From: an uncultured bacterium
Lineage (GTDB): Bacteria; Zixibacteria; MSB-5A5; GN15; FEB-12
Direction: 5' to 3'
Assembly: GCA_965372795.1 (NCBI GenBank)
Contig: CBDVDR010000013.1
Coordinates: 37,145 to 101,144 of the forward strand
Length of the DNA: 64,000 bases
Shown one piece after another: positions 1 to 9,944 of this stretch (position 1 is its first letter; each line of letters starts with the position of its first letter). The position numbers and the translations under genes were made by a program. The notes beneath the pieces are model-generated. The model did no database searches. It was not told where the DNA came from and saw nothing but the letters and a program-made list of their open reading frames with translations.

Positions 1-849
1 TTGGCAATCACAGGAATTATTGAAAAAATTGAACATCTGGTTCCGAAATCAATTATCAGAGGTATCCAACTGGGGATCGGCCTAAAATTAGCTTTAAAAG
101 GAATCGAATTTATAATCGGTACTCCCATAACCGGTTTAAATTCTATTTCAACAGCAATCATATTTGGACTGTCTATTGTTTTGTTAACAAAAATCAAAAA
201 CTTTCCTGCAGCACTTTTCTTGTTTCTTAGTGGTATGCTAATTTTGTTTATTTCGGTACCTTCATTATTGTATGAGATCAACTTTTCACTTCCAAACTTT
301 ACGATAATAGTTCCTACGTTGGATAATTGGTTAACCGGTTTTACTCACGGTACTCTTCCACAAATTCCATTAACATTATTGAACTCTGTTTTTGCGGTTT
401 GCATTCTTTCGGGTGATCTGTTTCCCGGTCAGAAAATATCAAGTCGAAAAATGGCCGCTTCGGTTGGTTTGATGAATCTTATCGGATGTGGGTTCGGCGG
501 TTTGCCGGTGTGCCATGGTTCCGGAGGTCTTGCCGGACAATATCATTTTGGTGCACGAAGCGGCGGGTCGGTTGTGATGCTTGGTATGACAAAACTTATA
601 ATTGGAATGTTTTTAGGAACCACGATTATGACTCTCATCCAGCAATACCCACTCTCAATATTGGGTATCATGTTGATATTTGCAGGCTATGAATTAAGCA
701 AAGCGGTAAAAGATCAAAAAACATTTATCGGGCTTGGCGTCACTCTAACAACTGCAACAGGAATATTATTATTTAACACTCTTTATGGTTTTTTAATCGG
801 CATCGCAGTTTTCATAATTATAAAAAAAATAAATTCCGGTCATAAATAA
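1..849 (+). CDS. Molybdate/sulfate transporter, MOT1-like (probably 5'-truncated by window edge)
   Basis: Hydrophobic protein with PQIPLTLLNS and P(V)CHGSGGLAGQYHFGARSGG motifs typical of the MOT1 family. Confidence 0.8.
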   Translation: MAITGIIEKIEHLVPKSIIRGIQLGIGLKLALKGIEFIIGTPITGLNSISTAIIFGLSIVLLTKIKNFPAALFLFLSGMLILFISVPSLLYEINFSLPNFTIIVPTLDNWLTGFTHGTLPQIPLTLLNSVFAVCILSGDLFPGQKISSRKMAASVGLMNLIGCGFGGLPVCHGSGGLAGQYHFGARSGGSVVMLGMTKLIIGMFLGTTIMTLIQQYPLSILGIMLIFAGYELSKAVKDQKTFIGLGVTLTTATGILLFNTLYGFLIGIAVFIIIKKINSGHK

Positions 850-876
850 TAATCTTAGAACAAAGCTAAGCCAAAA

Positions 877-2913
877 TTATCGCAAATATATTTCCATCTG
901 AGGATATTCTTTAAGTACGGAATTAATGTATCGCTTATCTAATCCTCTTTCAAGAGCGAGCTTTAAATTATAAGCCGCTTTTATATAATCTCTTCGTAAC
1001 AGATAGTACTCCCCTAATTCGGAATAGACATAGTACGGACAATTTTTTAATTGGGAGGCTTTATCCAGATAGTAAAACCTTTTGTCTTGATCGTTGATTT
1101 GCTTATATAACCCGGCTATTCCAAAAAAGTAAACTGCGGTTGTATCATCCAATTTTAAAGCTTTTAACCAAATATTTTCAGCTTTTTCAACATTACCTTT
1201 ATTCAAATTAGCAACAGCCATATTGTGCAGAGTGGTAGCATTGTTTGGATTCATACCATTGGCAATATTTAGATAGTACATTGCGGAATCGATATTTTGT
1301 AAATATAAAAAACAATCTCCAATATTCATATATGCCCCGGCTAGCATCGGATTCAATTCGATAACATTTTTATAGATTGAAATTGATTTATAATATTGTC
1401 TGGAAGTCTTAAACTCAAGCGCGGTTTTTAGAAGTTCCATCTCCGGATAAAGCTCGAACCATTTTTGCTGGTACTTTCTAATATTGTTATCATCACCACT
1501 ATTAGAAATATATTTGAACAAGGTTGTAAACACCGGATTATTTTTCTTAACATCTAATTCAATCAGGTTATCAAGTTTCTTAATTGCCATATCCGGTTGG
1601 TTTTGAGTGTACACTCGCGGAATTAGTGATAGAACACTAAGGGCAATAACAAAATAGATTGTCGAAACTGGGATGTGTTTTTTAAACTTAAATTCAAGAA
1701 AGGAATAATAAAATAACAGAGACAAAGGAATGCCTGCATAAGAAAACAAATCCCAATCACGAGGCATGCCTAATTTAGGATTGAAAATAAAAGCCGCTCC
1801 AAAGGCTGATACAATAGTAATAATTAGAAACTTAATTTCAGCTTTTTTAAAATGAACCGAGAAATTATTTTTAAATAGAAAAATGAAAAATAAGAGAGGT
1901 GGAAATAAAATGAATAATAAATTTATATAATCAACGATATGTTTGAATGAAAAAAGAGAGTAGCCTTCTACTGTAAACTTATCATTTACAAATGGCATGA
2001 ATGAGAATCTGAAGAAATAGAAATTTGAATAAAAATATGAAAACATAAATATCAATATCACAGACAATAATAAAGCCATCAAGAGTTTTATTTTCTTACT
2101 TTGAGCTGATAATTTTGAATTCATTAATAGTATAAATATAGTGCCGGGTAACAATGTCACACCCATAATATGAAAAAAGATAGTTAAAACCTGTACGGGA
2201 ATTATCATCCATTTGTTTATTAATCCTTTAGAAATCAACAACCCTGTTATTGTGTAAAGCAAAACAGAAAGTACAAAAAGAGAATAAAATTCTACATATC
2301 CAAAAAACAATAAAGCATACCCGCCAACCGACATCCCAATCGTAAACAGAAATCTTTTTTCAATACTGTGAAATAATTTGATAGAACAAATAAAGGATCC
2401 GATTATAAACAAAATTCCGCTTAAAATGGAAATTAACTGAAAGCTAAACAGGGCAGCTTCTTCCCCGGTACCGGTAAGATTTATTACAAATTGATGCACA
2501 AGAAATTCACCAATTTCACGTGAGTGCATAAGAGGGTTTTCCGATGACATGATTGACAATATTAAATAACCGTCGCCCATGAAAAAAGTTTTCGCTCTGA
2601 AAATCACAAAAGAAATTGCGAATAATAACAGAACCGCTATGCCTGTTATGATTGTTTTGATTTGATATTTATTTTTATTAGTATTTTCAAACGATGCTTC
2701 GTTGGTGTCTTTAAAAAATAAAATTAAAAATGGTAGTACCATAAAAATAGTGAAAAATAAATTTTTGATTAGCGGAGTTTGAAAAGCCCAATCGTTAAAT
2801 CCCCATAGCCTGAGTTCGGGGAAAAATGAGCAGGCATATAGAATAGTTACTGAACAATAATATAATATTAAAATTTGGGTGTTATTTCTAATTTTTCCGA
2901 TGTAATTTTGCAT
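877..2913 (-). CDS. Polytopic membrane protein with C-terminal TPR repeats (GT-C/TMTC-like architecture)
   Basis: More than 10 hydrophobic segments, then TPR-like repeats (ELNPMLAGAYMNIG, MNPNNATTLHNMA). Confidence 0.6.
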   Translation of the reverse strand: MQNYIGKIRNNTQILILYYCSVTILYACSFFPELRLWGFNDWAFQTPLIKNLFFTIFMVLPFLILFFKDTNEASFENTNKNKYQIKTIITGIAVLLLFAISFVIFRAKTFFMGDGYLILSIMSSENPLMHSREIGEFLVHQFVINLTGTGEEAALFSFQLISILSGILFIIGSFICSIKLFHSIEKRFLFTIGMSVGGYALLFFGYVEFYSLFVLSVLLYTITGLLISKGLINKWMIIPVQVLTIFFHIMGVTLLPGTIFILLMNSKLSAQSKKIKLLMALLLSVILIFMFSYFYSNFYFFRFSFMPFVNDKFTVEGYSLFSFKHIVDYINLLFILFPPLLFFIFLFKNNFSVHFKKAEIKFLIITIVSAFGAAFIFNPKLGMPRDWDLFSYAGIPLSLLFYYSFLEFKFKKHIPVSTIYFVIALSVLSLIPRVYTQNQPDMAIKKLDNLIELDVKKNNPVFTTLFKYISNSGDDNNIRKYQQKWFELYPEMELLKTALEFKTSRQYYKSISIYKNVIELNPMLAGAYMNIGDCFLYLQNIDSAMYYLNIANGMNPNNATTLHNMAVANLNKGNVEKAENIWLKALKLDDTTAVYFFGIAGLYKQINDQDKRFYYLDKASQLKNCPYYVYSELGEYYLLRRDYIKAAYNLKLALERGLDKRYINSVLKEYPQMEIYLR

Positions 2914-2989
2914 GATGAGAATTTAAGAAGTTTTTAGAATTCAGCAACTATAATAAAGTATTGCTTCAAAAGGACCAGTCCGGGTATAT

Positions 2990-3105
2990 CAGGCATAGCC
3001 TGTTTGATTTTTCGTGGGCGGCAGACGTCCTCGTCTGCACTTTTTTATCTATGTTTTTTTCGTGGACGGCAGTTCGAGTAGGTCAGGAGCCGTGCGCTCC
3101 TGACA
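2990..3105. repeat. Cluster of REP-like palindromes
   Basis: CAGGCATAGCCTGTTTGAT, GTGGGCGGCAGACG-tcc-TCGTCTGC and GTAGGTCAGGAGC-cgtgc-GCTCCTGAC. Related copies at 12590, 14984, 15219, 61640, 61735 and 62496. Confidence 0.7.
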
Positions 3106-3146
3106 TCTTTATTTCTCCATAAACTTCATCAATTTAATTTACCATA

Positions 3147-3176
3147 CATACGAAGTATGCGGAGAAGCAGGGATTC
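3147..3176 (-). repeat. Displaced 3' fragment of tRNA-Ser plus flank (att-like core, distal copy)
   Basis: catacgaagtatgcggagaagcagggattc matches 15278-15307 with one mismatch. Confidence 0.85.
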
Positions 3177-3318
3177 TCCATGCGGCATATTCAGTAACTT
3201 GCTGAATAGTAAGTAATTATGCATAAAGCGATAACTTTCAGAATGTTAAGTAGAGTCAAGTTGAGTTAGCTTCAGTGAAGTAGGTTGTTTGAAAATTGTT
3301 TAAAAAAGTGTATGTCAA
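3177..3318. repeat. Conserved cassette end B, copy 1
   Basis: Homologous to 12927-13084. Four phased 10-bp GTTAAGTTGA-like units (3245-3284), two TTGTTTRAAAA units, then AGTGTATGTCAA. Confidence 0.8.
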
Positions 3319-3379
3319 GAAACCCCTAATATAGAAACTAGTTGAAATAATTCAAATCGTTTCGTGTGAACACCTTTTA

Positions 3380-6300
3380 CTACTTTGATTCAACAGTTTC
3401 ATTTGGGTGTATTCCATTCGCCAAAATTGATCCCAGATATGACATAGATCTGGCAATTCCAAAATTAACGAAATTATTGTACACACCGCTACCTCGTCCA
3501 TTCCCAAAATTTCTAAATCCAGCTTGCCCTAAAACATCTGCTGCAAAATGAGAACAGTTGGCACAATCAAAATCAAACGGTTCAACTCCGTTCTGTCTCA
3601 TTCTTGTATTAGCATATTCCGAAGCTCGACTGGCATTTCTGGAGGAAATCCTTTGAACAGAATATTCAAAAGGTCGTGGACCAAATCGCGGGTCAGGACC
3701 ATAAAATTCAGGTAAACCTTGTTCCATCTTATATGCTGCAACAAGAGAACGATCTTGAAGCCTCATTGCATTTTTTTCAAAGAAAGTAAAAGTAGAATCA
3801 GGATTTTCAACCACGGCTGCTGCATGACCTTCTGCAGTTTGACCTGGTCGTACACTTCTTGAGAAGCCTATTCCAATTCTTCTTCCGAAAATTGAAGGTA
3901 CAAAATTCCCCGCTGCATTCCCGATTAAAGTAAATCGGCCCAATCTTGCGTTCCAGGAATACGATGGTCCCAACCCTCTCATCTGACCGATTCTTGAACC
4001 ACGTCCAAAAGTTGCACCTCTGACACCCTTGAAACCAAATGGGGCTAAAGATGTAACTATATCAAATGTACCTGTTGCATAATTACCTTCAGCTATTCCG
4101 GCGACGCCATTTCTTACTCCATAAATTGCCAAAGGTACAGCTAATTCTGGTGCAACGACTAAAAGAGGACCAGCTACTACACCAATTCCAGTTGAAATTC
4201 CAAACTGCCCCCATTCCCATTCCTCTTGAGAACCTTCTGCAATAGCAATGTGCTGCCTTGTGGCATTAAGACCGCCTGAGACCAAAGCACCTACAAGCGC
4301 AGCTATCGCCAATCCTGCTAAAAATGCTAATTCTCCTTCTGGATCAATTAGATCAATCGGATTCTGAGCTACATAAACATATAAAGAAGGCGAGTCTGCA
4401 TATCCTTTAGGATCAGTTGATAAGTATATCCCATTTACGGGATTCATTAATCTTCGTTTAGATAGATAAAGACCTACAGAAGAAAGATATCGCTGACCAC
4501 CAAACACAGGCTCTAATCCGAAAGAGGATGTAAGAATTTTAACTCCGGCGCCATCATAAATTTCTGGCTCACCAAAGGACTTGTAACGGTAACTTTCTAT
4601 TAAATTCCCACCACTATCAGATAAGCCTATTAAATTGAATCGATTATCAAAAAGAGTATTGTAAGTGTCAGATAAAATATGATGGGATATTGGAACGCCT
4701 GTTATTGGATGAGATGTAATTTGTTTGGAAGCAATTCCATTTTCTTTTTCCTGCTCTACAATACCACCTAAGTAATTAAGGGACAGGATTGGTTTCCCTT
4801 GCTCTTTGACAATACTTGGTCTGCCTAAAGCATCATACTCTATTTTACAAACAATATTTATACCTGATTTTATTTCAATAATTCGTCCCAAGGCATCAAT
4901 TTCATAAGTTAACACGCTGTCATTTTGTAGGGAACCATCTGTATGATGAGTGTAAATATTTGTGCCATCGGTCTGAATTCTATAGCCGGGAGAATAAGAA
5001 TAATTCTTATCAGGGACACCTGATTCTGTATATTTCACCCTTGCGTCTGAGTGATTGTATTCAAAACCTTCTTCGTGTGAAGCTCCTGCTGAAGCTGTTT
5101 TGATGGCAGTAATAGCAGCATCGTGTTCTGCTTGTGTAATAGCATTTGATATCACAGACGCAAAACCGTTTTTCGCTTCAGTAAGCCTGTATTTTTTATC
5201 AAAATCGTAGAAACTAAGTTTAGGATTTTGACCTACAATAGCTTCAACCTGTTTTCTGTTTGCTGTATCATACCGGTACTTTAAATTTTTATTCAAACCT
5301 GCCGGACTATTAATCATGGTTTCAACTAATCGTTTTCTCTCATCATATTGATTAATAATATTTGTACCGCCCTGATAAGATGCTTCGCCGAAATAGTTAC
5401 TCCCACTTGGTTTAAAAGATGCTATAGGGCTTGTTCCATTCCCCAGCGTTCCGCCAACAGTTTCTTTGATTTCTAACAACACACCATTTAGATCATGTGA
5501 ATATTCTTCAGTTCGACCATCGGGTAATATTTTTTCAATTGTACCGGCATTATCATTATAATGACACGTTACATCGTCTCCATGAGTTTTCTCTAACAGC
5601 AATCGGCTAAGACTGTCATATTTTCGATCAACTTTATTTGTCCCAATTTTAGCCAACACTAATCGATCTAAACCATCGTAAGCAAATTCATGCGGTTGCA
5701 CCCCCGTTACAGATGAAGGTGCCCCAGTATTCTTAATATTGATTAACCTATTTGAACTATCGTATGTAAATTCAAATTTCACTCCGCTGCTTAATGTCTC
5801 TTCTATAACTTGCCCTTTGTCGTCAAATGTTTTGGTACTCGAAAAACCATTCGGGTAATCTGTTTTGGTTATTCTTCCAACGCCATCCATTTGGTAACTT
5901 GAAACCTGGCCGGTTGGGTCAATATATGACGTCAATCTGGACATATTATCTAAGATCCATTTATGAGTGATGTTTAATCCGCCGACATCATGAGTTTCTT
6001 CAACCTTATTGTTAAACGAATCGTACTTTGTTTGTAGGATAATCCCCAAATAATCCGAACGACTAACTTGTAAATTTCTGTCATCATATTCTAAGACAAG
6101 TTTAGCCCCATCAGGCTCTATCATTTCAACTATTCGGTCTCTTTCATCATAAGTAAAACTCTTAGTAATAATTGATGTTGTTCCATCAGGTTCGATATGA
6201 TGATTTTCTACTTGAAAAACATTTCCATTATTATCATAATCAAAATGTTCTTCATTACCCAGCGGATCGATTACTTTTGTTACTCTTCCTATCCCGTCAT

Positions 6301-9022
6301 AATGAATTGTTTTGACACCGCTTCTATGGTCAATAATCTTTTCTATTCTGCCTAACTGGTCATGGAAATAGGTCGTTGTCACATCCACCGAAACTGTAGG
6401 ATCGGCTTCAAAGGATTTAATAGTATCACTTATTTTTCTTCCTCTTTCATCATAAGCATAACTCTTAAATGCTAATTGTCGAATTATTCCCAAATCATCT
6501 TCGCCAATTGCTTTCTCTGATCCCAACAGATCACCCTTCATCCAGTTGTATTTGATTTGAGTATCATTAGAAAGAGTCATCTTGACTATTCGAGAAAAAC
6601 CTTCATATGCATATTTAGTAGTTTGTCCGGTTGAGTTAGTATCCTGGATTAATTTACCTGATCTGTCATATACTCTTTTTGATGTAAGTTTAGTGCCATC
6701 AAGACTAATCACTTCCTCGCTAATCAGTAAACCGCGCTCATCATAGACTCTCTTAATTCGGCTTCCATCCGGGTTTGTTGTTACCAGAGGAAATCCTCTA
6801 AAATCTGAACATATTTCTAATTCTTTTGCTTCATCTGTATTACTGCTTAATATATACTTTGTTGGAAATCCCAAAACATTTCTTTCAAATTTATCAATGA
6901 TGTGACTACCGGCTAACGTGCCGTCGGTATAAGTTCCTTTAGGACGCTCATAACTGCTTACCTTATTATCTGAGTTATAATGAAGATGATATTCAGCCAC
7001 GTTGCCGTTTATTGCCGGAAGTGTTATTTTCTCAAGCAAACCAAGAGCATTAGTTGTATTTATGGTTAAATTACCATTACCGTCAGTGCTTTTAATTCCA
7101 AATCCAAATACATCATACTTTGTGCCAAATTCAATTGCCATTCCAGTAACATCATTTACTTGTTTGGATACTCTACCAGCATTATTGCCGGTACTACCAT
7201 AAGCAATTTCATGCCTGATTCCATCAGGTTGTATTCTTGCTGTTAATTGTCCTTTACTATTGTATTCGAATTTACTTATGCCGCTTTGTATTGTTCCATC
7301 AGGAAGCGTAACGTCCGGATGATGCAACTCCAATAGTTTGCCTGTATTAGTAGAAGATCCGGGATTGATATTAAAATCATATTTGTATTCTGTTAACGAA
7401 CTTAATTCATTTTTTTCTTCTGTTATTAATTGATAAGTTGCTTCATATTTTGCTCTCCAAACAATACGACTCGGCGATGGAAAACCTATTGCCGAAGTAA
7501 GTTCTCTTTGAAGCATATTTCTTCTCATGCGTGGATCAGTATTCCCAAAATCATAAGTAATAATTTCCCGGCTCCCATCAGGTTTGGTTATAACTGAAAG
7601 ATTACCTTGTTCATCAAAATCATACTGCCAGATTACTATTCGAAATGATTTGTCTTTATTCAACCTGAATCTGCGATCTATTAAATCTCCTCTATAATTG
7701 AATGTATAAGTTTCAAGTCCAAAGCCCGGATTCATCACTTCTACACTTACTGCAGGTATATTTATATAAATAGGATCTGCCGGTACCGATTGAAGTTGAG
7801 TATAACGAAATTGAAATAAACAATTACCATACATCTGTTTAGTTAAACGAGCATAATGCCATGAGGCGGGATCTTGCTCATACTTATTTTCTAAATATAC
7901 ATTGCCTTCAGAATCTTCTATCCTGAGAATATTATGTCTTAATTCCGGATATTTAAAAGGTTGCTCATAATGATAAACTCTTGTAATTCCTTCCGGATGG
8001 TCTGTAGTCGTCGGACTGTGAACACATTTTAAATGCTGAGTTTGATCATCATGACTATATCTGTATTTCCTTCCGGAATGATCTTCTATGGAAACTATAC
8101 TACTACATTCATTATATTCAAAACGTATGTATCGTTTGTTATCATCAGTAACTGCCAATAATTTATCATCGGAACCATAGGAATAACTTAATTTATTTCC
8201 ATATCTATCTTGAGCCCAAATTATCGGAACTCTCTCTCCATCAATCCAACCAGCAGGACGTTCAAAACGCATTGTTGTACCACCGGGACCCTTTATTTCA
8301 AAAGTCTGAGATAAACCTGTTACTCGTTCAAGTTTCTCAAATTTTCCCCTTGGGGGTTCAAAATTAGCTCCGTCGAATTTAAAAATATCCTCATGCAAAT
8401 TTCGCCATAATGCTATATCTCCTGTTTTCAATTCTCTAACAAAAAGATTGTGATTGTGATCCCAGTTCCATCCAAATGGTCCGTAAGATGAAGCACCACT
8501 TCTGTAAAATCTGGTTAGTCCCAATGGTAATATTGTATTCGGAATTTCAAGGTCGGTTTCATTTAAATACAATGCTCCATTAAAAATATCCACCGGATCA
8601 GCAGCATCGGTCTGATCCTGGGGTTCTTCATCACTATGTGTAGGATGTGGTTCTCCATCTGGAGGACGTTGATCTTCCTCCTCACTACTCGGCGGTGGTG
8701 TTGGTGGAGTTGTCGGTGAATCGAGATCGCTACCGACATCGTTTCCGCCGACTCCCTGAGCGACACCAGAATCTCCCTCATCGCCGGGTGCTGCCTCGTT
8801 TGCATTATTTAATATTTGATCTCTATCTAATGGTGCTGACAATGTTTCTGATGGACATAATGATTGAATTAAAGCCCAACTTTCACGCGAACCGGTTCTG
8901 GTTGCTGTGGGATCTAAAGCTAATTCCGCATTACTAAAACGAATATGTTCACAAGCATCATCGGTTTCAATTGCACGTCCGCCTCCGCCTACTTGACTCA
9001 TTGGTTGATCGAGTTTTCCCAT
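3380..9022 (-). CDS. Rhs/YD-repeat polymorphic toxin with C-terminal permuted papain-like (His...Cys) domain
   Basis: DPVDIFNG..LTRFYRS Rhs N-terminal motif, many YD repeats, core end YVYVAQNPIDLIDPEG, C-terminal GHAAAVV...NCSHFAADVLGQAG. Confidence 0.9.
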   Translation of the reverse strand: MGKLDQPMSQVGGGGRAIETDDACEHIRFSNAELALDPTATRTGSRESWALIQSLCPSETLSAPLDRDQILNNANEAAPGDEGDSGVAQGVGGNDVGSDLDSPTTPPTPPPSSEEEDQRPPDGEPHPTHSDEEPQDQTDAADPVDIFNGALYLNETDLEIPNTILPLGLTRFYRSGASSYGPFGWNWDHNHNLFVRELKTGDIALWRNLHEDIFKFDGANFEPPRGKFEKLERVTGLSQTFEIKGPGGTTMRFERPAGWIDGERVPIIWAQDRYGNKLSYSYGSDDKLLAVTDDNKRYIRFEYNECSSIVSIEDHSGRKYRYSHDDQTQHLKCVHSPTTTDHPEGITRVYHYEQPFKYPELRHNILRIEDSEGNVYLENKYEQDPASWHYARLTKQMYGNCLFQFRYTQLQSVPADPIYINIPAVSVEVMNPGFGLETYTFNYRGDLIDRRFRLNKDKSFRIVIWQYDFDEQGNLSVITKPDGSREIITYDFGNTDPRMRRNMLQRELTSAIGFPSPSRIVWRAKYEATYQLITEEKNELSSLTEYKYDFNINPGSSTNTGKLLELHHPDVTLPDGTIQSGISKFEYNSKGQLTARIQPDGIRHEIAYGSTGNNAGRVSKQVNDVTGMAIEFGTKYDVFGFGIKSTDGNGNLTINTTNALGLLEKITLPAINGNVAEYHLHYNSDNKVSSYERPKGTYTDGTLAGSHIIDKFERNVLGFPTKYILSSNTDEAKELEICSDFRGFPLVTTNPDGSRIKRVYDERGLLISEEVISLDGTKLTSKRVYDRSGKLIQDTNSTGQTTKYAYEGFSRIVKMTLSNDTQIKYNWMKGDLLGSEKAIGEDDLGIIRQLAFKSYAYDERGRKISDTIKSFEADPTVSVDVTTTYFHDQLGRIEKIIDHRSGVKTIHYDGIGRVTKVIDPLGNEEHFDYDNNGNVFQVENHHIEPDGTTSIITKSFTYDERDRIVEMIEPDGAKLVLEYDDRNLQVSRSDYLGIILQTKYDSFNNKVEETHDVGGLNITHKWILDNMSRLTSYIDPTGQVSSYQMDGVGRITKTDYPNGFSSTKTFDDKGQVIEETLSSGVKFEFTYDSSNRLINIKNTGAPSSVTGVQPHEFAYDGLDRLVLAKIGTNKVDRKYDSLSRLLLEKTHGDDVTCHYNDNAGTIEKILPDGRTEEYSHDLNGVLLEIKETVGGTLGNGTSPIASFKPSGSNYFGEASYQGGTNIINQYDERKRLVETMINSPAGLNKNLKYRYDTANRKQVEAIVGQNPKLSFYDFDKKYRLTEAKNGFASVISNAITQAEHDAAITAIKTASAGASHEEGFEYNHSDARVKYTESGVPDKNYSYSPGYRIQTDGTNIYTHHTDGSLQNDSVLTYEIDALGRIIEIKSGINIVCKIEYDALGRPSIVKEQGKPILSLNYLGGIVEQEKENGIASKQITSHPITGVPISHHILSDTYNTLFDNRFNLIGLSDSGGNLIESYRYKSFGEPEIYDGAGVKILTSSFGLEPVFGGQRYLSSVGLYLSKRRLMNPVNGIYLSTDPKGYADSPSLYVYVAQNPIDLIDPEGELAFLAGLAIAALVGALVSGGLNATRQHIAIAEGSQEEWEWGQFGISTGIGVVAGPLLVVAPELAVPLAIYGVRNGVAGIAEGNYATGTFDIVTSLAPFGFKGVRGATFGRGSRIGQMRGLGPSYSWNARLGRFTLIGNAAGNFVPSIFGRRIGIGFSRSVRPGQTAEGHAAAVVENPDSTFTFFEKNAMRLQDRSLVAAYKMEQGLPEFYGPDPRFGPRPFEYSVQRISSRNASRASEYANTRMRQNGVEPFDFDCANCSHFAADVLGQAGFRNFGNGRGSGVYNNFVNFGIARSMSYLGSILANGIHPNETVESK

Positions 9023-9030
9023 TTAGTACC

Positions 9031-9921
9031 TCACTTTGAAACTGCAACAACAATTGCCCTTTCTCCATCCCAAACCACGTCCCCTTCATTGACATTAATG
9101 GTTGGAATATGAGATATACATTTTGAAGCACTTGTTATAAATAAATCTATATTATTTTTTATTTTGTTCTGTTCATCTTCTGAAAATCTTCTCCCATATA
9201 TTGAAAAGATTTGTGCTGGGTTATTTTCTTTTGTAAGAAATCTCTCAACTAGAAGATATTCGTTCATTCCATTTTGATTATTGCTCACCTCATGAATTTC
9301 ATAAGAATTTTCTATAAATTCATTTCTTGTAACTACAACTTTATAAGGTTTATCACAGTTGTTAAGAAGTATCTTTCGAATATCATAAACCTCGGCCATA
9401 TTCACATTGGGACATTGATTACTTATCGATTGCATTATTTCAGAGGTTTCTTTTAATTCGATACCTGCTTCATAGTCCCTGGCTACATTAATTATGAACT
9501 GAATTTCTTTTGAACTTGAATCAACAAATGAAACATTCCAAACACTCGAGGTATGTCCCTCTTTAATGTTCCATATCTCACAATCAGCTATTTCTTCCGT
9601 TAATAACTTATCGAAATAATTCACCATGTAGAGTTTGACACAAATAGCAGATTGACCAAATGTTAAAGTTTTGCATTCTGCCGCATATTTACAAAGCAGT
9701 AATAAATCTTCAGAATTTAAATCACTATTTAAATTCTCACGTTCCAATGACACAGCATTATTATACCAAACCTCATTGGATACATTACTATCTATTAATT
9801 TATTAAGCAGCCCTCTACTGATAATTCCATGAAATGGCATGGTTGAATTTTCCTCAACCATGCCGTTTTCTGACAACATAAATGACGTTTTATCAGGACC
9901 GAAGAAAAAATTGAAATCCAT
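9031..9921 (-). CDS. Hypothetical protein, possible kinase-like fold
   Basis: EGHTSSVW (Gly-loop-like), VTRNEFI (hinge-like) and NEGDVV in kinase-like order, but canonical Lys/HxD/DFG are not evident. Confidence 0.35.
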   Translation of the reverse strand: MDFNFFFGPDKTSFMLSENGMVEENSTMPFHGIISRGLLNKLIDSNVSNEVWYNNAVSLERENLNSDLNSEDLLLLCKYAAECKTLTFGQSAICVKLYMVNYFDKLLTEEIADCEIWNIKEGHTSSVWNVSFVDSSSKEIQFIINVARDYEAGIELKETSEIMQSISNQCPNVNMAEVYDIRKILLNNCDKPYKVVVTRNEFIENSYEIHEVSNNQNGMNEYLLVERFLTKENNPAQIFSIYGRRFSEDEQNKIKNNIDLFITSASKCISHIPTINVNEGDVVWDGERAIVVAVSK

Positions 9922-9944
9922 TGTTATTCCAATAGTATCTATGG

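Noticed and set aside
3366..3551. 61-aa ORF as Rhs immunity gene
   Set aside because: Antisense and almost fully overlapping the toxin tip; not the usual immunity arrangement.
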